Positions 8,031 through 16,031 of a DNA stretch of 64,000 nt are shown here, one piece after another; position 1 is the stretch's first letter; every line of letters begins with the position of its first letter. This DNA is from a virus, in the IMG/VR virus record IMGVR_UViG_3300049044_000138; one strand, written 5' to 3'. A program made the translations under genes and the position numbers. The notes beneath the pieces were generated by a model. The model did not search any database. It was given only the letters and a program-made list of their open reading frames with translations, and had not been told where the DNA came from.

Positions 8031-10040
8031 TTAAGCGGTGAGTGCGTCGACCATCGCGGCGAAGCTTTCAGCATGACGAACCGCGATATCGGCCGACTGG
8101 AAAGCCTCGATACGAACCGACCCGGTGCCCGACAGGATGTAGGGGTTCACCAGGATATCGAGGCCGCCCCACATGCCGATCAGCATGTCTGCCCAATTGC
8201 CGTAGATGATCGCGGAGCAAACACCGGAAGCGGTGCCCTTTGTCAGGGTCGACGGCACTTGGTTCGAGACGGCGGCGCGGTAGCCGTTCATCTCGTTGCC
8301 CTTTTCCCAGATCGGGTCGCCGTTTGTGCCGCTGAATTTCTGTGTCAGCTTCAGCTTGCCGCGAACCTTGGTGTTGGTGAGATAGCCGAGGCTACCCAGC
8401 GCCGCATTCGCATTGGCAACCTGTGTTTCCAGGCCGACGATATGATCCCATGCCGGAGCAAGGCCATTCGTGCCGCCGATCACCGATCCGATGCCGCTGG
8501 TGTTGAGGATGCCGCGGGGCTGGTTCGAGGAACCGGAGCCGTTCACGCCCGCCAGATCGAGCGCCAGGGCGAGCGTCTGGGCAAGATCCATCCGGACGAA
8601 GGACTCGACATCGATCGACGACTGCAGCAGCAGCTGCCGCGACATGTCCGTGAAGGCGGCGACAGTCTTAGGCGACAGCGCGACCTGGTCGAAAGCCTGC
8701 TGGCTTTCCGTGGGCGCCGAGCCTTCACCGACCCAATAGGCGGTCGCGCCGCCATTCTGGCGCGGAATGGCGAGGTTGCCGTTCAGATCGCCCAGGATGC
8801 GGACCCCGAGGCCGGTCAGTGCCATCGCGTTGCGCAGCAATTCGATGAAGCTGCCGGACAGCAGATCGGTCGCGACGGTATGGCCGCCAGCGGTGGCGGT
8901 GCCGACATTCAGGTCGCGTTGCTCGCCATTGACGTCCGACCGCAGCACATCGAGCGGGATGCGGAGCGAGCCGGCCTTGGCCGACGCCTGACCGCGCTGC
9001 AGGGCAGCGGCCGAACATTCCATCTCGAAACCGGCGGCACGCATCGCTTCCGCATCTTGCGGATTTGCCATGGCGTTCATCAGGCGCACGAAGCTGTAGC
9101 GCCGCACGTCGCGCTCCGACATGCCGATCGCGGGATGCTCGGCCGTGCGGATCGCGGTGGCGTTTCCGGCCTGCGCTTCGAAATCGCGCACGAACTGCTC
9201 GACCGAACGACCGTCGTTGACGGCAGCGTCTGCCAGCTCGCGGCAGTTGAGGCGAGCGCCCATGGCGCGGATCGTAGCGCTGCGCTCGCGTTCGGAAGCG
9301 ATCGCGACGCTGTGATCGATCGGCGCTGCAGGAGCGGCGGCCGAGCGCTGTTCATTGACGGGAGCCGCTGCAGCAGCGGCGGCGACAGCGGCGGCGGGCG
9401 CAGCAGCGCCGCCACCGGCATTACGAATGCCGAAGTTCATGTCTTCTTCTTCCTCTTTCACAAGGGTTCTGGGATCAAATGGCTCGGCCTCGCCTTCGCG
9501 GCCGACCCCGACGGTCGTGTCTGCAGGGATCGAGACCAGACTGATCTCGTAGGGCTCCCAATCGGTCACCCGGTATGTCGCGTTGTCGCCGTCACGCTGC
9601 GCCAGCACCATTTCGACGATGCGATATCCCACGCTCACCAGCTTGCGGATGCCGTCAATGACATCCTGAAAGACTTCCTGCGCCCGTGCCGATCTGCCGA
9701 ACCGGACGACCGCGCGGCCTTTCCTGCCTGAGATCCAGGCACGTTCCACAACGCCGACCTGGTCGCGGCCGTTATGGTCCATCAGGAGCGCGCCCCCGTT
9801 GTTCAACCGGCCAAGGCGAACAGCGGTATCGGCGTGATCCAGAATTTCGGTGCCCCACCAGCGCTCATAAGGCTCTTCGCTGGAGAAGCTGAGTTCGACG
9901 GTGCGCGCCTCTTCGTCGTAGGCCTCCGCGCGCACCGTAAATTGCATATCCCGGCGCAGGCTCTGGTCGATCTCGCTGTCGCGCGACGCCCAGGCATGCG
10001 TCATCGTTCCCGCCAACAGGGCGGGGGCAAGCTTCTGCAT
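8031..10040 (-). CDS. Fused prohead protease + HK97-fold major capsid protein
   Basis: N-terminal protease motifs (LLMDHN, WEPYEISLVSIPAD); Ala-rich linker; C-terminal capsid motifs (WVGEG, LSPKTVAA, IIYGNW). Confidence 0.92.
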   Translation of the reverse strand: MQKLAPALLAGTMTHAWASRDSEIDQSLRRDMQFTVRAEAYDEEARTVELSFSSEEPYERWWGTEILDHADTAVRLGRLNNGGALLMDHNGRDQVGVVERAWISGRKGRAVVRFGRSARAQEVFQDVIDGIRKLVSVGYRIVEMVLAQRDGDNATYRVTDWEPYEISLVSIPADTTVGVGREGEAEPFDPRTLVKEEEEDMNFGIRNAGGGAAAPAAAVAAAAAAAPVNEQRSAAAPAAPIDHSVAIASERERSATIRAMGARLNCRELADAAVNDGRSVEQFVRDFEAQAGNATAIRTAEHPAIGMSERDVRRYSFVRLMNAMANPQDAEAMRAAGFEMECSAAALQRGQASAKAGSLRIPLDVLRSDVNGEQRDLNVGTATAGGHTVATDLLSGSFIELLRNAMALTGLGVRILGDLNGNLAIPRQNGGATAYWVGEGSAPTESQQAFDQVALSPKTVAAFTDMSRQLLLQSSIDVESFVRMDLAQTLALALDLAGVNGSGSSNQPRGILNTSGIGSVIGGTNGLAPAWDHIVGLETQVANANAALGSLGYLTNTKVRGKLKLTQKFSGTNGDPIWEKGNEMNGYRAAVSNQVPSTLTKGTASGVCSAIIYGNWADMLIGMWGGLDILVNPYILSGTGSVRIEAFQSADIAVRHAESFAAMVDALTA

Positions 10041-10065
10041 TGCTGTCTCCTAAAAAGTGGCGGAA

Positions 10066-10263
10066 CTAGTGAGCGGACGCGTGCCCGCCTTCGCGCAGTT
10101 GGCGCACTGCAGGCCGAGCAAGCACCTTCTCCTGCAGCCGGTGGATGCCTGCGCGAAACTCATGCACATCATCGGCATGTTGCGTTGGCAGTTCGAGGAA
10201 GGCGTTCCATGCCGTCGCGAGAGCTTGGACCACCGCATCTTCATCCTTGGTGAGTTCACACAT
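10066..10263 (-). CDS. Small hypothetical protein, 65 aa
   Basis: ATG overlaps the portal 3' end (ATGTGTGA); helical, protein-like composition. Confidence 0.6.
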   Translation of the reverse strand: MCELTKDEDAVVQALATAWNAFLELPTQHADDVHEFRAGIHRLQEKVLARPAVRQLREGGHASAH

Positions 10264-11824
10264 CGCGCACCTTCGCCCCCGTTTTCGGCGCGGGCTCACT
10301 GCCGCCGCTGTTGCCACCGCCCCCTGCGTGGGGCTGCGCCATTCCCATGTCGCTTTCGGCCTGCAGCTCAGCCCAGACTTCGTCCGGGTCGCGGCCCGAT
10401 TCGCGGATGATCTGCGCGCGACTGCGCACCCCGAGCGCGACCGCCTCGCGATCGGCGGCGGCATCGCTCTTCGGATCGACCCAGTCCCATCGACGACCGA
10501 AGAAAACGGGCGCGTTGAACTTGTCGAACTTCGTGTAGGGCAGGCTCTTCAGCTCGGCGTCATGGATCAGCGCGAGTCCCAGCCACCGCTCGAAGATCTG
10601 GGCCTTGATCTCCGCATACCAGCCCTGGATCATCTTCCACATGTCGCGTTCGTCCAGCGTGCCGGCCCGGATCGAACTGAAATTAACCTGCGTAAGATCG
10701 CCCGTGAGACTGTGGTTTGCGACCAGCAGGCCCGTCGACAGGCGGCGCAGCACGTTGCGCGTGAAGGGATCATAGACCTCATTCGGATAGGTCGGATCAT
10801 ATTCCTTCAGCTCATACCCGTCCGGGATGATGTCGAAGGTGCCGGGCTCAGCCGAGGTGACGAAGTCGCCGCCCCCGGCGCCATAGCCGTCGTCACCACC
10901 TTCCTCTCCGCCCATCGGCGGCCCGGCTTCCGGATCTTTCTGCTGGAAAAAGCCCATCTTCGCGGCGCCCACGTTCGCTGCCACCAGGGCGGCTTCGTCG
11001 AACTGGTCGAGATGCTTGGCATCGCGCAGGGCGACATAAGCCCACGGCACGCCGCGCCACTGGTCGATCTCTTCCGCAATGAAGAGATGGATGATTTCCG
11101 AGGCGTCGACGCGCTCGTACCGCTGGCTTGCCGTGCCGTGCATGTCGGCACCGCCGTCGATGATGCGCAGATGATAAGCCACCGCCTTCATGAAGGGGTC
11201 GAACTCGACGCCCATGCGAATGCGATAGCCGTTCGCCAGATCGCGGTTGTGATCTTCGTCCAGCAGATGGCCTGGCAGCAGCTGCAGCTGGAAACGGTGC
11301 GGGCCGCGATCGCGCCCTTCGACCATCCGGATCAGCACTTCGCCGTCGCGGCCGACCATCGTCACAGCCAGGGCGTCGAACTGCGTTTCGCTCAGCCGGC
11401 CCGTGACGTCGAAATTCCCACGCTTGACCCACCGGCGATAGGCCCGGCCGATCCGATCGCTGTCGGGCTTGTCGGGCTGGCCGTCAGGGCGCCGGCAGTC
11501 GACCTTCAGCGTGAAGCCGTTCGGGCCGACAACGTGCGTGCGGATCAGAGAGAAGAATTTCCGGCCATATTCGTTGTTGCGGCCAAAATCACGGCTGCGC
11601 GCACGCATCGTCCGCAGATGACGCAGCAGCGACATATTCACGGTTTCATCGGTCGTCGTCCATTTGCTGGTGAGACGATCGGTGACACCCGCCTGAAATC
11701 CGCGACGATAGCCGGCGCGCGGCCCGCCGCGAGAAATCCGTTGCCGCGTCGGCGCCGAGTCTGGCGCCATTGCATCGATCGACCGCGCCCCGCGCGAGAA
11801 CTCGAAGCCGAAGATCCGCATCAC
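10256..11824 (-). CDS. Portal protein, lambda family
   Basis: LRTMRARSRD, RGVPW, LTGDLTQVNFSSIRAG and WDWVDPK motifs. Confidence 0.95.
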   Translation of the reverse strand: MMRIFGFEFSRGARSIDAMAPDSAPTRQRISRGGPRAGYRRGFQAGVTDRLTSKWTTTDETVNMSLLRHLRTMRARSRDFGRNNEYGRKFFSLIRTHVVGPNGFTLKVDCRRPDGQPDKPDSDRIGRAYRRWVKRGNFDVTGRLSETQFDALAVTMVGRDGEVLIRMVEGRDRGPHRFQLQLLPGHLLDEDHNRDLANGYRIRMGVEFDPFMKAVAYHLRIIDGGADMHGTASQRYERVDASEIIHLFIAEEIDQWRGVPWAYVALRDAKHLDQFDEAALVAANVGAAKMGFFQQKDPEAGPPMGGEEGGDDGYGAGGGDFVTSAEPGTFDIIPDGYELKEYDPTYPNEVYDPFTRNVLRRLSTGLLVANHSLTGDLTQVNFSSIRAGTLDERDMWKMIQGWYAEIKAQIFERWLGLALIHDAELKSLPYTKFDKFNAPVFFGRRWDWVDPKSDAAADREAVALGVRSRAQIIRESGRDPDEVWAELQAESDMGMAQPHAGGGGNSGGSEPAPKTGAKVRDV

Positions 11825-12381
11825 AGGCTCACCAGCACGCGGCCCGGCCCAGAACGGCCTGCTTTGCGGTCCTCACCGGCGACAATCTTTGCATAGTAGC
11901 TGCGCAGCGCCGTCAGCTCGCTATGCGCCATGCGCTTGATCTGGCGACCATCGGCGAACGTGTATTCCAGGTCGGTCTGCGAGGCGCGCCCTTCGATCGC
12001 CGCTTCGATCTTCGCCAGCACCTTGCGGGCATGGCTGCGCGTGTCGACGTTCGCGGTCGGATCGGGCTGCACGCGGATCAGTCCGGTTTCCGCAGTCAGG
12101 CGATCGTCGCCCTTCACGATCTTCACCGCCCAACGCCAATCACCTGCGACCCAATCGGCCGTGATGGTCGACGACAGCAGCAGCGACCAGGCCGTTGCGC
12201 CGTCGCCGCCTGCGACTGTCACGGCATCGCCGCCGGCGACGGGCACGAAGATGAAGGACGCCGCATAGCCGTCGGCCGCCGGATAGGTGGTGGCCAGATC
12301 GACGCGGTCAACGCGCAGGCTGTCGCCAGCCACGATCGCCGCCGGCATCGTGGAGCGCGGCTCTGTCAGCAAATTCGCCAT
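11821..12381 (-). CDS. Head completion/head-tail adaptor (gpW-like C-terminus with an N-terminal extension)
   Basis: Between terL and portal; LAKIEAAI...YTFADGRQI...ELTALRSYY resembles gpW. Confidence 0.7.
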   Translation of the reverse strand: MANLLTEPRSTMPAAIVAGDSLRVDRVDLATTYPAADGYAASFIFVPVAGGDAVTVAGGDGATAWSLLLSSTITADWVAGDWRWAVKIVKGDDRLTAETGLIRVQPDPTANVDTRSHARKVLAKIEAAIEGRASQTDLEYTFADGRQIKRMAHSELTALRSYYAKIVAGEDRKAGRSGPGRVLVSL

Positions 12382-12384
12382 CGG

Positions 12385-14454
12385 CTATCGGTTTCCTAGT
12401 CTGTTCATCCAGCCCTGCTTGCGCTGAACTGGCCGGGTCCGCGCCTTGCGTGGTGGCGCGGCAGGTGGCGTGATCGCCGCCAACGGCTCCGGCACAGTAG
12501 CGCCCTGGTCCGGATCGTTGGCGGCTTGGCGTGGCAGAACGACGACACCCTGCTTCGGCCAGATGATGCGGAAGCCCTTGGGCACCCACAGCATATCGGT
12601 GCGCGATTGCGCAAAGGGCGGGCGCAGCAAGGCCACCTCGCCATAAACGAGAATATCCCAAGTCTCATTTCGAGCCCGGCGCTTCTCCCATTTGCCGTCC
12701 TTCAGCTCTTCCGCCGTGATCTCTTCGACATGTTCGTCGCTCAGATCTTCCGGCAGATGGATGTAGCCCGGTCCAGGCGCCGATCGGCGCAGGCGAGCAT
12801 CGATCATGTTCTTCACGACGTGGACGTTCGGAATCCACAGCTTCGCGCTGCTCCGCTTCGCCGTACCCTTCGCCTTCTGATCGGCGAACTGGCCGGGCGG
12901 CATCAGCTTGCCCGTCGGCTTTGACCCGCCCTTAACCAGCGTGATCCGGGTCGGATGCACGCCCAGAGCACGCGCCGCATTCCAGAACCATTTCGCGCCG
13001 GCGGTAGCCTGGTCGCCCTTGCGGTCGGAACCGCCCGTGTCGACGACCAATGACAGCACGGGGGCGTGACCGATCGGCTTCCCATCCTCGCCAAGCTCGG
13101 CCAGCGGATAAAGCCGATCGAACAGGCCGAGCAGCACTTTCCAATGTTCGGGATGCGTGAACGGCGCCACCTGCGTCAGGCCGTCGTCCAACACATCGAT
13201 CGCGAAGCGGTCAATCAGCCAGCTTTCCCGGTCCTTACCGTAGCCGACCGCGCCGCACTCGAACCGATCGTGCTGGACGTCGATCATGATGTTGATCACT
13301 TTGACGCCACGCGGCACCGTGCCGAGCTTCCACCCCGCCTCGCGGCGCTGCTTCAGCGCATCGGTCTCGACCGGCTTTTCGCCTGAGAGCACCGAACGAT
13401 AGTTCTGGCCGCCCTTGACGTTGAAGAACGCCTTAAGCGGCGCCTCATCCTGTCGCAGATCCCAGGCGATCTCGGCTTCCCGCCACTGCCGGGCCAGCTT
13501 GCCCCAAGTGGTGAAGGTCAGCAGACCGTCACGGCGGAATGTGCGACGCCGGCGCCCGACGTTGCGATTGCGGGCCACGAAGCCTCGGTTCGGCAGATCG
13601 GCCGTGCTGGCGATCAGGCGCGACCGTTCGGGCGGCAGCAAAATGCAGCCATTGGCCGGGCAGACGACATGCGCCGATTGCTCGGCCAACTCCAGTGAGC
13701 CGCGCTCGAACTTCAAATCGCGGCGAATATCCAGCTCGATCCGCTCTTCGCAGTGCGGGCACACCGGCTGCAGCCGTTCGTCGGTGCCGGCCTCGATAAA
13801 GGCCTCGATATTCGCCTTACGTGACCCCGGCTCCCATGCGGGCGAGGACGACACCAGGATCGTTTCCCGGCCCTCGAACGAAGTCATACGCCCATACATG
13901 AGCGATACGCCGTCGCCCTGACCGTCGATATCGGCAGGGAACTGGTCGAAGTCGTCGAGCCATCCGCGCTGGATGGATCGGGCGCGAGCCATGTTCGCCG
14001 GCCATGTCGATGTCAGCAACATGCCCCGGAACTGCTTCAGGAACATGTTGTCGGCGCTGGCAGTGGGCAGCAACTGAGCCTTCACCACCGGCGATTTCTC
14101 AATCATCACGCCGATGCGGCGGACGACGAAGTCCTGCATCAGCACCTTGTCGGGCTGCACTACCATGAACGGCGCGGGGCTATGTTCGATGGACCAGCCC
14201 ATAAAGGCTTCGCCCACCTTCGACTTGCCGGCCTGCGCTGGCCCCATGTCCCCGACTTCGGAAGTTTCCGGGTCGGAGCAGGCGTCCATGATCTCGGCCA
14301 GGAACGGCAGCGCGAGCGGATCATATTCGGGCAGATATTTTTCTGCCCATTGAGAAACGGTCAGCCCCTCTTTGGGGCGGATCAGCGACGCGAGCCGCCG
14401 AACAATGTCAAAGCCGGTTTCAAACGGCGGGATCTCGATCGGTCGATACAGCAT
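12385..14454 (-). CDS. terL: Terminase large subunit, GpA family
   Basis: LTVSQWAE; Walker A GPAQAGKS; CPHC zinc motif; IDVQHDRFE nuclease; RNETWDILVY; likely ATG at 14454. Confidence 0.95.
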   Translation of the reverse strand: MLYRPIEIPPFETGFDIVRRLASLIRPKEGLTVSQWAEKYLPEYDPLALPFLAEIMDACSDPETSEVGDMGPAQAGKSKVGEAFMGWSIEHSPAPFMVVQPDKVLMQDFVVRRIGVMIEKSPVVKAQLLPTASADNMFLKQFRGMLLTSTWPANMARARSIQRGWLDDFDQFPADIDGQGDGVSLMYGRMTSFEGRETILVSSSPAWEPGSRKANIEAFIEAGTDERLQPVCPHCEERIELDIRRDLKFERGSLELAEQSAHVVCPANGCILLPPERSRLIASTADLPNRGFVARNRNVGRRRRTFRRDGLLTFTTWGKLARQWREAEIAWDLRQDEAPLKAFFNVKGGQNYRSVLSGEKPVETDALKQRREAGWKLGTVPRGVKVINIMIDVQHDRFECGAVGYGKDRESWLIDRFAIDVLDDGLTQVAPFTHPEHWKVLLGLFDRLYPLAELGEDGKPIGHAPVLSLVVDTGGSDRKGDQATAGAKWFWNAARALGVHPTRITLVKGGSKPTGKLMPPGQFADQKAKGTAKRSSAKLWIPNVHVVKNMIDARLRRSAPGPGYIHLPEDLSDEHVEEITAEELKDGKWEKRRARNETWDILVYGEVALLRPPFAQSRTDMLWVPKGFRIIWPKQGVVVLPRQAANDPDQGATVPEPLAAITPPAAPPRKARTRPVQRKQGWMNRLGNR

Positions 14455-14998
14455 TGCCTGTTGCTCTTCCGATTCGCTCCATCCTGTCCGCAAGCTCCCG
14501 CTGATCCTGCGCGATCACCGCGTCGACGATCGCCAGCTGCTCGCGGCTGAAGTCACCCCTCTTCGCGAGCCGCGCCGACAACGACGTGCCCTGCTGCTGA
14601 AACCATGCGACCAGTTCGCCCAACGCTTCCTCGACGGAAGCCTTGTGGATCAGATCGCCCCGCTTCTCCGCCAGCTTCGTCGCCAGCAGCTCATTTTCCA
14701 TGATGGTGCGATGCTCGGTCGGAGAAAGTCCGACCTGCGTCTGCGCCATCGCTTCGCCGCCCAGCAGCGACAAACCATATTGGCGGATCTCATCGGCCCG
14801 CGCCCGCTGCACCTGCTCTTCGCTGTCGCGCAGGCTTTTGATGAAGGCCCAGGCATCGTCGAAATCGATCACATAGGACCGGCCATTCGTGCCGCGCTCG
14901 ATGATCGGGAAGTCCGGATAGTCCCGGATCATTGCCCGAAGCGTGGGCTCCGAAGGCGTCCCCGGCAGGGACGCAAATTCGCCTAGCGTGCCTCTCAC
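14420..14998 (-). CDS. terS: Terminase small subunit (Nu1-like)
   Basis: N-terminal winged HTH-like region (PIIERGTNGRSYVID) plus coiled coil; overlaps the terL start. Confidence 0.85.
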   Translation of the reverse strand: MRGTLGEFASLPGTPSEPTLRAMIRDYPDFPIIERGTNGRSYVIDFDDAWAFIKSLRDSEEQVQRARADEIRQYGLSLLGGEAMAQTQVGLSPTEHRTIMENELLATKLAEKRGDLIHKASVEEALGELVAWFQQQGTSLSARLAKRGDFSREQLAIVDAVIAQDQRELADRMERIGRATGNAVSTDRDPAV

Positions 14999-15059
14999 CG
15001 ATCAAAACCCAAAGAAAAACAAGAGCCTACGGGAAAATACCGAACACTCGCATCTTCCT

Positions 15060-15101
15060 CGCCTTCGGCCCCCGTATAGGTCGGGATGGCGGGAAGGACC
15101 C
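15060..15101 (-). promoter_or_regulatory. Putative cos site (cosQ + cosN)
   Basis: Minus strand GGGTCCT-TCCCGCCATCCCGACCTATACG-GGGGCCGAAGGCG parallels lambda GGGTCCT-TTCCGGTGATCCGACAGGTTACG-GGGCGGCGACCT; just upstream of terS. Confidence 0.7.
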
Positions 15102-15324
15102 AAAGGGGGGTGCCCGCCCGCGACGACCCCGACCACCCCCGGCCCGAAACGGCACCGCCCCGCCGGGCACGGGACCAGGCGAGGCGGCGCAGGCTATTGG
15201 AGAGGACGCTCGCTTGGGGATGCCCATAGGACCGCCCTAAGCGTATGTCCTGAATACCCATTTCGGCCCCGGAGGTGGACACAGAATATTTCGCGAGCAT
15301 CACATTCTACCCCTTGCGCCGTCT

Positions 15325-15774
15325 CTATGCGCGCATTTCTGCGCCATTCAGCGCATTGCAAATGCAGGTGATCGCGCGCGAGTAGCGCTTGCGCAGGCCG
15401 TGCGCCCCATGCCGGACGCCCATCGGCTTCAGTAGCTTCGTCCAGGGCACCGTCTTGCGACCAGCGGCAAGGTTGCGCACCGCCATGGCGATCAGCCGCC
15501 GATCGTCGTCGGACGGCACGAACAGCACCCATGCCAGCGCCTCTTCCATGCGCGCCAGCTGGTCGCGTGACAGCGGCACGCGCGGCACCGGCTTGTCCTC
15601 ATGCGCGCCCCAATCCCACCAGTCCTTGACGATCAGGTGCCACGGCCCGTCGGATGCGAATGGCCAGCCACCACCGCGGGGCAGGCGCTGCTGGAACTCC
15701 ATCGCCTCGACAAGGCGTGCCTGGACGCCATCGAATGTCCAGAAATCTGATCCTTCCAACTCCGGAACCATCAC
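15325..15774 (-). CDS. Putative late-gene regulator (DUF6362/Q-like position)
   Basis: WTFDGVQARLVEA...RMEEALAW...PW...RKRYSRA; last early gene before cos/terS. Confidence 0.6.
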   Translation of the reverse strand: MMVPELEGSDFWTFDGVQARLVEAMEFQQRLPRGGGWPFASDGPWHLIVKDWWDWGAHEDKPVPRVPLSRDQLARMEEALAWVLFVPSDDDRRLIAMAVRNLAAGRKTVPWTKLLKPMGVRHGAHGLRKRYSRAITCICNALNGAEMRA

Positions 15775-15777
15775 TCG

Positions 15778-16020
15778 CCAATCCTTCCGACGCTCAAACT
15801 ACTGAAAACCTTTGATCTTTTATCTATTCTGGAAGCTTTGGAAGCTTTGGAAGGAACTATGTATATTTTCATCACACATGCGCCCGCGCACACGCGCATA
15901 TGTGAGGGGAACATGTCGCCAATCCTTCCAATCCTTCCAAAGGCGCAGAAATCCGCGCTTTCTTCCTTCCGTCGAAGCTTCCGCCATCCTTCCAACCCGG
16001 AAGCTTTTGAACCTTCCGCG
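15778..16020. repeat. Iteron-like repeats with an AT-rich patch; candidate replication origin
   Basis: TGGAAGCTT x2 + TGGAAGGAA (15830-15856); oppositely oriented CCAATCCTT x2 + CCAA (15919-15940); more CTTCC copies; directly after the primase-helicase gene. Confidence 0.6.
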
Positions 16021-16031
16021 CCCCGCCGCGC

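Noticed and set aside
8019-9731. Long plus-strand ORFs opposite real genes (also 10145..11896, 16062..17465, 18000..19337, 19933..21552, 35509..36921)
   Set aside because: Antisense shadows of GC-rich coding DNA; no motifs or RBS, while the opposite strand encodes recognisable proteins.
15778-16020. CRISPR-like array
   Set aside because: Repeats are 9 bp and abutting, with no unique spacers and no cas genes.
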